Below are positions 38,015 to 50,268 of a stretch of 64,000 bases of DNA, in pieces; the first letter of the stretch is position 1; the number at the start of each line of letters is the position of its first letter. The notes under the pieces are model-generated. The model worked only from the letters and a program-made list of their open reading frames with translations. It did no database searches and had not been told where the DNA came from. Source of the DNA: Malacoraja senta (taxonomy: Eukaryota); NCBI GenBank assembly GCA_038087875.1, contig CM075991.1:9798001-9862000 (forward strand). The letters are read 5' to 3'. Both the position numbers and the translations under genes were made by a program.

Positions 38015-38322
38015 GTTTAGTTCAGCGATACAGCGTGGAAACTGGCCCCTTCGGCCCGCCAAGTCCACACCGACCAGCAATCCCCAAACACTAAAACTAC
38101 CCTGCACACACGAGGGACAAATTCACATTTGCACCATTCAATTAACCTCCAAACATAACACCTTTGGAGTGTGGGAGGAAACCGAAGATCTCGGAGAAAA
38201 CCCACGCAAGTCACGGAGGGAACGCACAAACTCCGAACAGACAAGCACCCGTAGTCAGGATCGAACTCAGGTCTCGGGTGTGGTAAGGCAGCAGCTCTAT
38301 CGCTGCGCCACCATGCCGCCCC
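38015..38322 (-). mobile_element. V-SINE (HE1-like), tail-to-tail with the previous copy
   Basis: Full copy on the minus strand. Confidence 0.9.
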
Positions 38323-38996
38323 CTCTCCTCACAGTATCAAAGAAGTTACAAGCTCTGAGTGGCTGCAGAACTGACCAATTATGCTCCAGGAGTATAAATC
38401 TCGCTTGCCATCCCAACCTGGAAACCAAGGCATGCTTTACTCTCCAGTTTTTTCCCCCCACTGTTAACAGTCACTTATCAGTTTACAGAACTGGGTAAAG
38501 ATCCTGTCAACTCCCTCACAAATAAATAAGAGGCTGCTTATTAATTATGCAGGATTAGTCTAATTATAATTCTGCAAAATTAATTTGCAACAGAAGGCGT
38601 GCAGAAACATTCTGGGAAATTTGCATGTTAAGTGGGGGATTGGCGCATAATATATGATAAATGTATTCACATTTTCTTTCTTTAATTTGAAATTTGCAGC
38701 TGCATATGGTATAGGAGCAGGTGAAAAGTCAGTTTATGTTAAATGATGCTGACAAATATTGGATGAGGCACTGTCGGTGGGAATGTATTGATCAAGAATC
38801 ATTTTAATCCTGTCATTGACTAATCCCAACAAAACAACTCTGAGTTTACATGTAGGAAGGAACTGTAGATGCTGGTCTAAACCGAAGGTAGACACAAAAT
38901 GCTGGTGTAACTCAGCGGGACAGGCAGTGTCTCTGGAGAGAATTAATGGGTGACGTTTGGGATTGAGACCCTTCTTATTCTTCATCCAACTGCATG

Positions 38997-39191
38997 AAAG
39001 GACTCACAGAAAATAGACACAAAATGCTGGAGTAACTCAGCCGGGACAGGCAGCGTCTCTGGAGAGAAGGAATGGGTCGGGGTCTGAAGAAGGGTCTCGC
39101 CCCGAAACGTCACCCATTCCTTCTCTCCAGAGATGCTGCCTGTCCCGCAGAGTTACTCCAGCATTTTGTGTCCATTTTCTGTGAGTCCTTT
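38997..39191 (+). mobile_element. Foldback Penelope-derived element with the hammerhead core in the loop
   Basis: Arms 38997-39077 and 39112-39191; core ctgaaga...gaaacgtc at 39084-39111. Confidence 0.85.
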
Positions 39192-39414
39192 AATGTGGAC
39201 ATTGATAGGGTGCACCATAATGACAAACTGAAGATCAGGAGGACAGACTGAATCAAAACTCAAAGTGCTGGAGTAACTCAGCCGGTCAGGCAGCATCTGT
39301 GGAGGGAATGGACGGTTGACGTTTCGGATCTTCTTCAGCTTGAACAGAGTGGATCATTTTCTAAAATTCTACGCACTTCTCTCCACTCACTGACTGGGCG
39401 GTTGGGTTCATAAA

Positions 39415-39745
39415 ACCATAAGATCATAAGATCATAAGACGCAGGTGCAGAATTAGGCTATTTGGCCCATTGAATCCACTCTGCCATTCGATCATGGCAA
39501 ATCTCTTTTTCCCTCTCAACCCCATTCTCCTGGGTTCTCCCCGTAACCTTTGATGTCCTTCCGAATCAAGAACCTATCGATCTCTGCTTTAAAAATATCC
39601 AGTGACGGCCTCCAAAGCCGTCTGTGGCAACGAATCCCGTTTCACTACCCTCTGGCTAAAGAAATTCTTCCTTGTTTGCATTCTAAAAGTACGTCCTTTT
39701 GTTTTGAGTCTGTGACCTCCGGTTCTAGACTCTCCCACTCGGGAA
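39415..39745 (-). mobile_element. CR1-like 3' fragment
   Basis: VGESRTGGHRL...NFFSQRVV; (AAGATCAT)n tail. Confidence 0.8.
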
Positions 39746-39787
39746 GGTAAGGTGTTGTGGATGATGGCTACCCCTGGCCACCAAGTC

Positions 39788-40097
39788 ACCCAAGTAGGTG
39801 TGGGTCGGTACGGTGGAGCAGTGGTAAAGTTGCTGCCTTACAGCGCTAGAGACCCGGATTTGATCCTGACTATGGATGCTGTCCATATGGAGTTTGTATG
39901 TCCCCTTCATGACCATGTGAGTTTTCACCAGGTGCTTCGGTTTCCTCCTACATCCTAAAGACGTACGGGATTGTAGGTTCATTGACGTCTAAATTGCCCC
40001 TTGTGTTTAGGAAGCGGATGCGAAAGTGGGATAACATAGATCTATCGTGATGGATGGTCAGCGTGGATCGAAGGGCCTGTTCTACCGCTGTATCTTT
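39788..40097 (+). mobile_element. V-SINE, diverged
   Basis: Head, V-domain and tail recognisable. Confidence 0.75.
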
Positions 40098-40215
40098 AAA
40101 CCAATTCAACCAATCGAACAACTTATTCAGAAACCTGCAGAGGAAAGAAAAACTAATAAAACACTCTTGACACTTGAAGGAAAAGACTGTGCAAAAACAA
40201 GACATTTGTGCAGAA

Positions 40216-40566
40216 TCTAAATACTTATATAAAACTCTCATCTTGTCCTTTGTTGTTTTTACATTTACCCGAAAACGGTACCCGATAGCGCTACGATTTT
40301 TCACCGCCTTACTCGCAATTCTCCTGTGCTGCAAGTGCAACAAGTTTTGTTCTGAATGGTTGGAATGGTACAAAAGATATGATGGTTTAGAAACCGTAAA
40401 AACCGCCCCTTACGGCACCCGCTGTCAATCACCGGCGGCGAGGAGAATAAAGCTGAAGGAGTGGAGTGAGCAGAGTGTGTTGAGTGAGCGCGGAGTGAGC
40501 AGTGGGTTGCGTTGGGGGACCAGGCCTCCCGTGTGATTGGGACCCAACGGGTCCCACTTTGTCTAG
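40216..40566 (+). mobile_element. Non-autonomous Helitron
   Basis: A|TC start, CTAG|T end, subterminal hairpin tgggaccc-aac-gggtccca at 40538-40556, no TSD. Confidence 0.7.
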
Positions 40567-40812
40567 TATGTATTTAGAGAACTCAGGTAATCACATGGTT
40601 ATTCAGACAATGGCGGGATAGGGATTAAAAATGGCACAAAGCACTGAAGTAAAGGGTCAGGTGGCATCTCTGGAGAATGTGGATTATCTGCAGGCAGAGG
40701 AGATTAGTTCATCTTGGCATCATGTTCGGCACAGACATTGTGGATCGTACGGCCTGTTTCTGTGCTGTACTGTTCTATGTTCTCATTGATTGTAAGAAAA
40801 TAACAGCGCTCT

Positions 40813-41130
40813 CTTAGTGTAGTTTGGTTTTGAGAAACAGCGCTGAAACTAGTTCTTTGGCCCACCCACCGAGTCCGTACCAACCAGTGATCCCTGCACG
40901 CTAACACTACCCTAAACACACCAGGGACAATTTACAAATTTACCAAACCATTTAGCCTACGTACCTGCGCTTCTCGGAGTGTGGGAGGAAACCGGGGCAC
41001 CCAGAGAAAACCCACGCAAATCACAGGGAGAACGTACAAACTCCAAACAGACAGCACCCGCAGTCAGGATCGAGCCCGGGTCTCTGGCGCTGTACGGCAG
41101 CAACTCTACCGCTGTTCCACTGTGCCGCCC
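40813..41130 (-). mobile_element. V-SINE (HE1-like)
   Basis: Full copy on the minus strand. Confidence 0.85.
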
Positions 41131-42900
41131 AAAATTTCGAATCTTTTTACTGCTTTCTCGTCCTGGTTAAAACCAGTGCGACAAACTAATGGAAGTTTCG
41201 ATTCTGAATTTGGATGGAACTTCTCTCCTATATTGCACAATGTTTTTGTTACTTGATCATTGTTTAGTGTTGTCTGACCTCATGGATTGCCTTGGGAGAG
41301 ATACGAGCAACAAGACCTCCTGTCCAATGCGGCCAACATTCGGTCCGGGAGCCTTCCTCCTCTGCCGCATGTGTTACCTTGCGCATTAAAGTCAAGGTGG
41401 CAACAGTTAGTCAGCTGCAGAGAGCAGTAACTATTCAACCTCATCAGAGTGCTAATTAAAGTATACCACCTTGATATTTGCTGCGCATTCTCTGCCCTGG
41501 GAAGAAGCCAGGAATTATTAAACAGCTCTAACATCAGTTCTTCTATGGCAATCCGGTACAAATGCAATCATCGTGTTAGATCAGTTCATAAGAACTTTTA
41601 AGGAAAGGCCGTTCAGTTCAACAGGATAAATCAACCCACCTACTCAGCATATCCCCAGATAAAATCTCTTTGCAGAAACTCTTCTAATTGATGCTTGAAC
41701 CCATTTATGCCATCTGCTTCTGTGCCTTTCCCTGGTAGCTGAAACCACTGCTCCATTACTCTTTTTCTCTGAGCTGTTCTGCCTGAGTTCTTTTTGATGG
41801 CTTCCAAATGTTTAACTCTTGAGTCTTGTTGCTACGAGCCCCTGCTTTTAATGAACAGCCTCGGCTCAAATCAGCCATGTCAATTTTATACTGACCTCAA
41901 AATCTTCTTTTTGGGTCATATGTTAGTACTTTGGCCAGAAAGGACTTGCATCTTTCACACAACGAACAGCCCTGCCCGCACACAGACCATTGCTATGCAG
42001 GAGAATGCAACGACGATTTTCACTTAATGTGCTTTGCCCCCCCCCAATTTGTTACAACAGCACAGAATCCTCTCGCACTATTCAGATCTCATTTACCCCT
42101 TTGCTCTTTTCCCTTCGCTGTCCTTTGTTCTTTTTGTTTCCAGCTCTCTCTTCTTGGCCACAGATTCATTCCCAGCTCTGGAGCAGTCCCTGGACTCTCC
42201 TTTTCCAGCTGTTCCTTTTTCCTGAGCCGCGCAAGAGCCAGTCCCTTCAGCCTCCCCGACTCCTCCTTCCCACAAGTGAGAGTTTGTTTCTGCCTATTGA
42301 CTTCCTCACAGATCTGGCCCAGGTTCGTTGGAGCGACATCACTGTGGATGTCCACTGATGCGAAACAGATTTTGTATTTTTTTTTTTTTCCAAAACACCA
42401 ACACATTGGAACTTACAATTTTCTCTGTAATTATTTTCTGGGAAGCCAGAGTTTGGAGTTAAAAGATGCATTGATAAGCACCATTAACCATTTGCCATAA
42501 TACTCCTAAATGGTTCTGTGCTGAAAAGCAATGCCTTCTGATTACATAACAGACAAAGCTTATACTGCTGCATATTCACTAGTGTTTAGACTTCTGCACG
42601 TGCTATACATTATGTTTTGTATTGAGGTAGCTGTAATGCAATAGTTAGTTCATACAGCTCCCTGGTGTCCTCTCCAATCTGTGCCGTTTCTCAGTATAAT
42701 TCGATATTCAGTCTACGCACGTCTCACCTACAATGTGAAGGTTTAGGGTAAGAACATCCATGATGCGGTTTAGGTCATTGGAATGTATTATTGACCATCG
42801 ATCAGGCTCATTGGAATTTATTATCCAAGTTCAGTTTTAGAAAGGCAAAGGCAATAATACTACAGATGCTGCAAATCTGAACTAACAAAATAAGACAGTG

Positions 42901-43207
42901 GTTTGATTTAGATTAGAGATGCAGCATGAAAACAGGCCCTTCGGGCCACCAAGTCCATGCCGCCCATCGATCATCCGTTTTAACTCGTTCTATGTTTCTT
43001 CCATTTTCGTATCCGCTCCCTACAATTTACAGAGGCCAATTAACCTAACATGTCTTTGGGATGTGGGGGGGAAACCTGGGCACCCGGTGGAAACCCACGT
43101 GGTCACAGGGGGAACATGCAAACTCCACACAGACTGCACCCGAGGTCAGGATCGAGCCCGGGTCTCTGCCGCTGTGAAGCATCAGATCTACCAGCTGTGC
43201 CACCATG
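42901..43207 (-). mobile_element. V-SINE, diverged
   Basis: Tail, V-domain, head. Confidence 0.8.
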
Positions 43208-43433
43208 CCACTGTATTTGAAATACCGATCAGACTCAAGAGCTTTGATGGAAAGAGAAACAAAATTGATGTTTCAGATTGATGAACCTTTATTCCGGTTT
43301 TACAAACCCTTGTATGACACAGTTCTAACATGTGGAATAATTTACGTAACTTCAATAGATATAGGAGAGCAATATACAGAGTACAAAACCTGTGTATTAT
43401 CACTGGTTTAATCTACACAGTTATTACATGTTA

Positions 43434-43623
43434 GACACAAAAAGCTGGAGTAACTCAGCGGGACAGGCAGCATCTCTGGAGAGAAGGAATGGGTGACGTT
43501 TCAGGAAGGGTCTCGACCCGAAACGTCACCCATTCCTTCGCTCCAGAGATGCTCCCTGTCCCGCTGAGTTACTCCAGCTTTTTGTGTCTATCTTCGGTTT
43601 AAACCAGCATCTGCAGTTCCTTC
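43434..43623. mobile_element. Palindromic Penelope-derived hammerhead element
   Basis: Near-perfect inverted arms; ttacat(g/a)tta on both flanks. Confidence 0.85.
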
Positions 43624-44026
43624 TTACATATTACGGATTGGAGTCAATTTTATTCAAACAAACTATCTTAGTAAATCCCTGCTTCCATTTGTAAATTACA
43701 AAGTGCTGGAGAAACTCTGTGGGATCAGGTAACATCTGTGGAAAGAATGGATAGGCGACGTTTTGGATTGGGATCCTTCGTCAGACTCTAAAAAAGGGTC
43801 CTGACCCAAAATGTCACCTAACCATGGGATTAGTGTAGATGGGGCATCTTTTGTCGGCAATGGCAAAATGGGCCGAAGGGCCTGTTTCCATGCTGTATTA
43901 CTTTATGACTATGTTTCTAGCCCTTGCCAAACGCTATCATTTATTTACGTTAAAGTTATTTTAATTCTTCTCCATTTGCCCTATAACCCCATCAAATTCT
44001 ACCACTCACCTGCAAACTAAGGGTCA

Positions 44027-44830
44027 TTTTCGCTTGGGCAGCTTACACCCCAGCGGTATGAACATTGACTTCACTAACTTCAAGTTCCCCTTGCTTTTCC
44101 TTCATCCCTCCCCTTTCCCAGTTCTCCGACCAGTTTTACTGTCTCCAATGACATTTTATCTCTGTACCTGATCTCCCGCTGGCCCAGCACTTCAACTCCC
44201 CTTCCCATTCCAAATCCGACCTCTCTGTCCTGGGCCTCCTCCATGGCCAGAGTGAGTCCCACCACAAATTGGAGGAGCAGCACCTCATATTTCGCTTGGG
44301 CAATTTACACCCCAGCGGTATGAACATTGACTTCTCCAATTTCGGGTAGTCCTTGCTTTCTCCCTCCTTCCCCTCCCCTTCCCAGCTCTCCCACAGCCTA
44401 CTGCCTCCGCCTCTTCCTTTCTTCTTCCCTCCCCCCCCCACCCCACCCCACATCAGTCTGAAGAAGGGTCTCGACCTGAAACGTCACCTATTCCTTCGCT
44501 CCATAGATGCTGCCTCACCCGCTGAGTTTCTCCAGCATTTTTGTCTACCTTCGATTTCTCCAGCATCTGCAGTTCTTTCTTAAACATTTTACCTCTGTTT
44601 GCTTTGCTGGTGTCATCTTCCCCCAGCTAACAATGATCTGTTCGACATTTTCCTTGATCTCCATTCCCTTTGTCCTATTTTCACACCTCACACTTCCTTA
44701 TCTATGTATCTCCCTCTTCCCTGACATCAGTCTGAAAAAGGGTCTCAACCCGAAACCTCACCCATTCCTTCTCTCCAGTGATGCTGCCTGTCCCGCTGAG
44801 TTACTCTTGTTGCTCCAGCATTTTGTGTCT
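44027..44830 (+). mobile_element. Penelope-like 3' fragment with a second Penelope fragment (44166-44583) nested inside
   Basis: 44167-44349 translates PDLPLAQHFNSPSHSKSDLSVLGLLHGQSESHHKLEEQHLIFRLGNLHPSGMNIDFSNFG*; hammerhead motifs at about 44458 and 44732; acatttta(t/c)ctctgt duplication at 44151-44165 and 44584-44598. Confidence 0.85.
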
Positions 44831-45004
44831 CTCTTTCGCCTACCAACCCATTCATCTTTGGGATGCGAGAGGAAGCAGGATCACTGTGAGGAGACCCATG
44901 AGAGGAGGCAAACTCCACACAGATAGCATGGGAGGTCAGTATCAGACCTGGATCACTTAAGCTGTAAGCTAGTTCTTACCAGCTGTGTAACTATGTGATA
45001 TTAA

Positions 45005-45185
45005 AGGGCCTGTCCCAGTTGGATGTCATTTGCGCGTCATTTACGCGAAACCATCTACGCGTCACGATGCACGACGCGCGCATGGCACGTGGTGGCGTAG
45101 GCAGTGATGCGCGACGCCCCAGGATTTTGAGATTCACAAAATCTTCGTGCGCCACCTGCATGACGCACCAAGTGGGACAGGCCCT
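45005..45185. mobile_element. PIF/Harbinger-type MITE (type C)
   Basis: TIR agggcctgtccca; TAA TSD at 45002-45004 and 45186-45188. Confidence 0.85.
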
Positions 45186-46550
45186 TAAATCTGTTTATGT
45201 GACACCGGGTTTAATATATGTCAATGCAGTAGCCCTATAAAACCAAGTTAGGAATTTCAAACATATGTAGTTATTCTCAACCCATAAAGCTTTAACTTGT
45301 TATGTGAGGTGGAATCCAGTGAATTACAATTCACAGTGATTTGCAGATTGTTATTTGTACAGTTAGACGTGGTTCATCCAAGAATGTTTCACTGGCGGAT
45401 TGTTTTCCGCATTTAAATTGTCAACAGGACATTTCCCGATTTGGGAACAGCTCCCAAATATTCCACAGCCTACACGGCTTCTCCTCTTGATTAAGAAGAC
45501 ACCACCAAGTCTCGAAAAATGAAAAAAAAAAAGAGGTACATTGACAAAATAAGGCTGCAGGAACGCTGCAGACTCCCAGAGGAAAAGGTTGAGGGAGGAA
45601 AGGAGAGGAATTTAAGTGCGAGGAATCGTAATGAGGCCTGACGATGGTGGGTAAAAAGGGGGGAAGATTGGCAGCTTCAGTGAGATATGGAAAAACTCAA
45701 TAAAATGGACTCTTGTGGGAAAGCAAAGCTGAGACGGTAGTGGATAGAGAGAGAGAAAAAAAAACAGCTGAAGGCTAGATGTGAGATAGGGATTGATAAT
45801 TAGATGAAAGTATTTTTCAGTATCCATCCCCATAGCACAAACGATGACCTTTGCAATTGCGGGAGCAGCATTCTTAAGCTTGAGACGGATTTGGACTTTT
45901 ATATAAAATGTACGGCTTGCTGTACTTCATCTGTCATACAAGTAATTAGTGAGGGTGTTTACCTGAAGGAATGTGCTCCACTTTTCTGCAATAAAATTAT
46001 ATTGTTCTAGACAAGATAATTTCTCTCATCCGATGAAGAAATCTCCCCGGACCTTCTTTTGAGAACACTTCATTTGCAATTACAAACTCATACAGTCTTT
46101 AAGGTATAAATCGACACCTCAATTCTCAGCCCAGGAGCTTTGGAATTATTTTCAATAATTGTGTCAGAATTTAATTTGAATATAAAACCATTGAGATGTC
46201 AGCTGAGACATCCATATGACTATTGCGAGCTACTTGCAATCAGAAAGAGAATACAACTTAACTCTCAAAAGGCCTAAATTAATATTTCTGCATCGCTGAA
46301 TATTAGGAAGCAGGAAAAGAGGGGCACAAAAGACCAGAAGAAGATTTTTAATTAACTTGCTGATGACAACAGTATTTTAGAAAACTAGGCATGGGTTAAT
46401 CTCAGGGGCGTTCCGTACATTCGAAGCCACTTGAGATGCCATCCTCTGTAAAATAAATCTGTTTAACAAAGCAGCGTTTATGAAGCAGTGTAATATCCGA
46501 AGTATATATTCGAAGCAGTGAAATAGTGAAGAGTGAAATAGTGAAATGAA

Positions 46551-46912
46551 CAGTGAAAGGCCTGGATCGAATGGATGTGGAGAGGATGTTTCCACCAGTG
46601 GGAGAGTCTGGGACCAGAGGCCACAGCCTCAGAATAAAAGGACGGACCTTCGGAAAAGAGATGAGGAGGAATTTATTTAGTCCGAGGGCGATGAATCTGT
46701 GGAATTCATTGCCACGGACGGCTGTGGAGGCCAAGATAATGGATGTTTTTAAGGCGGAGATTGACAGGGTTTTGGTTAGTAAGGGTGTCAGGGGTTTATG
46801 GGGCGAGGGCAGGAGAATGGGGTTGAGAGGGAAAGATAGCTCGCCCGTGATTCTATGGTGGAGTAGACTTGATGGGCCGAATGGCCTTATTCTGCTCCTG
46901 GAACTCATGACC
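46551..46912 (+). mobile_element. CR1-like 3' fragment
   Basis: VKGLDRMDVERMFPPVGESGTRGHSLRIKGRTF...NLWNSLP. Confidence 0.9.
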
Positions 46913-47202
46913 TTACAACGTACCGTTCACAGCATCTCAAACATGGCGAATGAAACGCATTTTAATGCGGTCACTGTTACCTTGTTGGCCATGCAGCAGC
47001 CGCATGGCACACAGCAAGGTGGCACAGACCGCCAACCACCAGTTCACCCATGCTTTAGAGATGTGGATGAATAAGTATTAACCTGAGACAACCCTGCTTT
47101 ACTTTAAACCAGCGCTGTGGTTCTTTCATGTCTGCCAGAGTGAGCAAACAGAGCCTTACGTCCAAAAAACAATGCTGCGTTCCCTCGGCTTTGCGTAGGA
47201 GT

Positions 47203-47430
47203 TAGAGGGTGGTGAATCTGTGGAATTCACTGCCACAGAAGCCTGTGGAGACCTAGTCAATGGATATTTTTAAGGCAGAGATACAGTAGATAGATTCTTG
47301 ATCTGTACGGGTATCAGGCTATGGGGAGAAGGCAGGAGAATGGGGTTAAGAGGTATAAATAGATCAGCCATGATTGAACGGCGGAGTAGACTTGGTGGGC
47401 CAAATGGCCTAATTCTGCTCCTATCACTTG
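47203..47430 (+). mobile_element. CR1-like 3' end
   Basis: RVVNLWNSLPQKPVE and 3'UTR. Confidence 0.8.
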
Positions 47431-47645
47431 TATGAAGAATGCTTTGTTTGTGACAATACGTGCTGGCCTGGTGCACTGGCACCTCCAAAAAGATCAAAAC
47501 TAGATTTTCATATTTTTAGACCTTTAATTTTAATGTGTATTGATTTTATACATTTTATTAGTTATTAGTTATTAGTTAATTAACTTAGAAGTTAATTGGT
47601 CACTGTGGGTATATTGATAGAAGGAAAATTGTTGATAAATGTAAT

Positions 47646-47870
47646 GTAGGAAGGAACTGCAGATGTTGGTTTGCCCTGAAGATGGACAAACAATGCTGGA
47701 ATAACTCAGCGGATCAGGCAGCATCTCTGGAAAAAAGGAACATGTGATGTTTGGGGTCGAGACCCTTCTTCAGACTGAGACCCTGCATCAGCCAGTCTGA
47801 ATACGTCACCTATTCCTTTTCTCCAGAGAAGCTGCCTGACCCGCTGAGTTACGCTAGACATTTTGTGCCT
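47646..47870. mobile_element. Inverted pair of Penelope-derived elements
   Basis: Minus copy then plus copy of the hammerhead element body. Confidence 0.75.
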
Positions 47871-48888
47871 ATTTGGTAAATGTAGCTTTATTCTAAATTA
47901 ATATGTCACCTAATTGTCTACAAAGAATGGGCTGCATAGGAATATTAGTCAACATTTTGATGCTGAACTTGAAGCAGGTACCTCCGGATCTAAAAGTCGC
48001 AACAACAGCCCATGACTGTAACTGTGGTCTATTATTTCTTGGAAGTGTATCTTACATCTGTTGCGTTGAGTATATCTACTGTTCACTGCATGTCTTTTAT
48101 TTTGCAAAGGTTATCTCTGCGTCCCCTGTTCCACTGAAAGGTTATCTCTGCATCCCCTGTTCCACAAAGCCGCCTGATTTTTTTTCTTCAACCTGATAAA
48201 GTCATTAGGCGGCGAACCACCAAGGTTAGGTTGCAGATTGTCGGATGAAATATGGACAGCTACCTGTATGTTTCCCCGATGCCTCATCGCAACGGAGTCA
48301 ATACTCTATCTCTCGCTCACAACCCGCAAAAGACACCTTAGTTCTCTGCAATTCGTTCTGGCAGGGAGCATGGAGATGAGTTGCTGTGTTTGCAGAGGCG
48401 AGGCTTCATCAGCAGTGGTGTAGCAATATGGCTGGAGCAACAATATTTCGAGCTCACCCTGGATTTTCAGGTTCTCCGACCGACTCGGCAGCTCACACTA
48501 TTCCCTCCCGTCGATTTTAATGACTCCATTTTAACGGAGGGTTGGGTTGACTTCTGTCCTTGGTTACTCCGTGAGCATTCCCATTGTTAAACTGGAACAT
48601 TTACACTCGTATCAGAGGGTGAGAAAATGTATGACAACTAACATCATTTTTAGCGTTCGCTCCCCGTATTGACTGTTTGAGGTATTGTTACAGGTGTCGA
48701 GGGTTGTGGAGAGAAGGCAGGAGAATGGGGTTAGGAGGGAGAGTTAGATCAGCCATGATTGAATGGTGAAGTAGACTTGATGGGCCGAACGGCCTAATTC
48801 TGCTCCTATCACATGACCTTATGACCTAATGTTCTGAAGATGCTTCCTATCCTCTCGGCCTTCCCCCCTGTATGGGATGATGATGCAG

Positions 48889-49282
48889 TCAATAGACAAT
48901 AGACAATAGACAATAGGTGCAGGAGTAGGCCATTCGGCCCTTCGAGCCAGCACCGCCATTCAATGTGATCATGGCTGATCACCCCCAATCAGTACCCCGT
49001 TCCTGCCTTTTCCCCATATCCCCTGACTCCACTATCTTTAAGAGCCCTATCCAACTCTCTCTTGAAAGCATCCAGAGAACCTGCCTCCACCGCCCTCTGA
49101 GGCAGAGAATTCCACAGACTCACCACTCTCTGTGAGAAAAAGTGTTTCCTCGTCTCCGTTCTAAATGGCTTACCCCTTATTCTTAAACTGTGGCCCCTGG
49201 TTCTGGACTCCCCCAACATCGGGAACATGTTTCCTGCCTCCAGCGTGTCCAAGCCCTTAACAATCTTATATGTTTCAATAAG
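48889..49282 (-). mobile_element. CR1-like 3' fragment
   Basis: LDTLEAGNMFPMLGESRTRGHSLRIRGKPF...GYGEKAGTGY. Confidence 0.9.
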
Positions 49283-49947
49283 ATTCAGTCATCTCCGAAA
49301 ATCCGATCAATGTCTCAGCTATGTCTTTTCAGTAGGACGTTATATGAACAAAATACAAGGAAATACCTGACAATTATTCCCAATGTACCATCACACTGTA
49401 CATCAACCAAATACAGCCTTAGAATCAATGAGACTGAATGCCAAACGGGGCAGTGTTGGTGTCGAGAGGCAAGAAGAGGTTCAGGGTTGGAAGTGAGAGA
49501 TCGATTGCCCCTAAAAATAGATGGAAAGTGGCACAACTTAAAGCTTCCAAATTGTGATTTCATTGCCACGGTAGAATTTACTGTGTGTCGATAGATTCTG
49601 TTCATCAATGAGAATGAATCCCCTAACCTTTGTAGATTCCTGCATTTGTTACGAAAACTTCCACCCCTGCCCCCTATCTGGGTTCAGTCAATGGTGGTCC
49701 GTTGTGCATTGTGGCCAAATCAAGTCAAGCATGTGCTTATATACTGTGAAAGAGAGCAAGCAGAAATGATAGCAAACGGAATATAAGAGCGATATAGAGT
49801 TGATGATAATATTAACATACTCAAAAAAAAGGGACTGGATCTGCGATTCTCTGGGATTCATACATAATATTTTCCATAACAACATCCCATAATCTTTGCT
49901 AAATCAAAACAACCTTGTACAAATAATGTGATAAGGAATTCCACTGG

Positions 49948-50268
49948 TTTAGTTTAGTTTAGAGATAGCGCATGGAAACAGGTCCATCAACCCACCAAGT
50001 CCACACCAACCATTGCTCACCCATTCACACTAGCTCTATGTTATCCCACTTTCTCATCCACTCCCTACACATTCAGGGCAATTTACAGAGGCCAATTAAA
50101 CTACAAACCCGCGCATCTTTGGGATGTGGTAGGAAACCGGAGCACCCGGAGGAAACCCACGCGGTCGCAGGGAGATCATGCCAACTCCACGCAGACAGCA
50201 GCCAGGGTCACGATCGAACCCGGGTCTCTGTCGCCGTGAGGCAGCCGGCCTACCAGCTTCGCCACTGT
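49948..50268 (-). mobile_element. V-SINE
   Basis: (TTTAG)n, V-domain, head. Confidence 0.85.

Noticed and set aside
48106..48165. 29-bp tandem duplication (period 31)
   Set aside because: Ordinary local slippage duplication with no further structure
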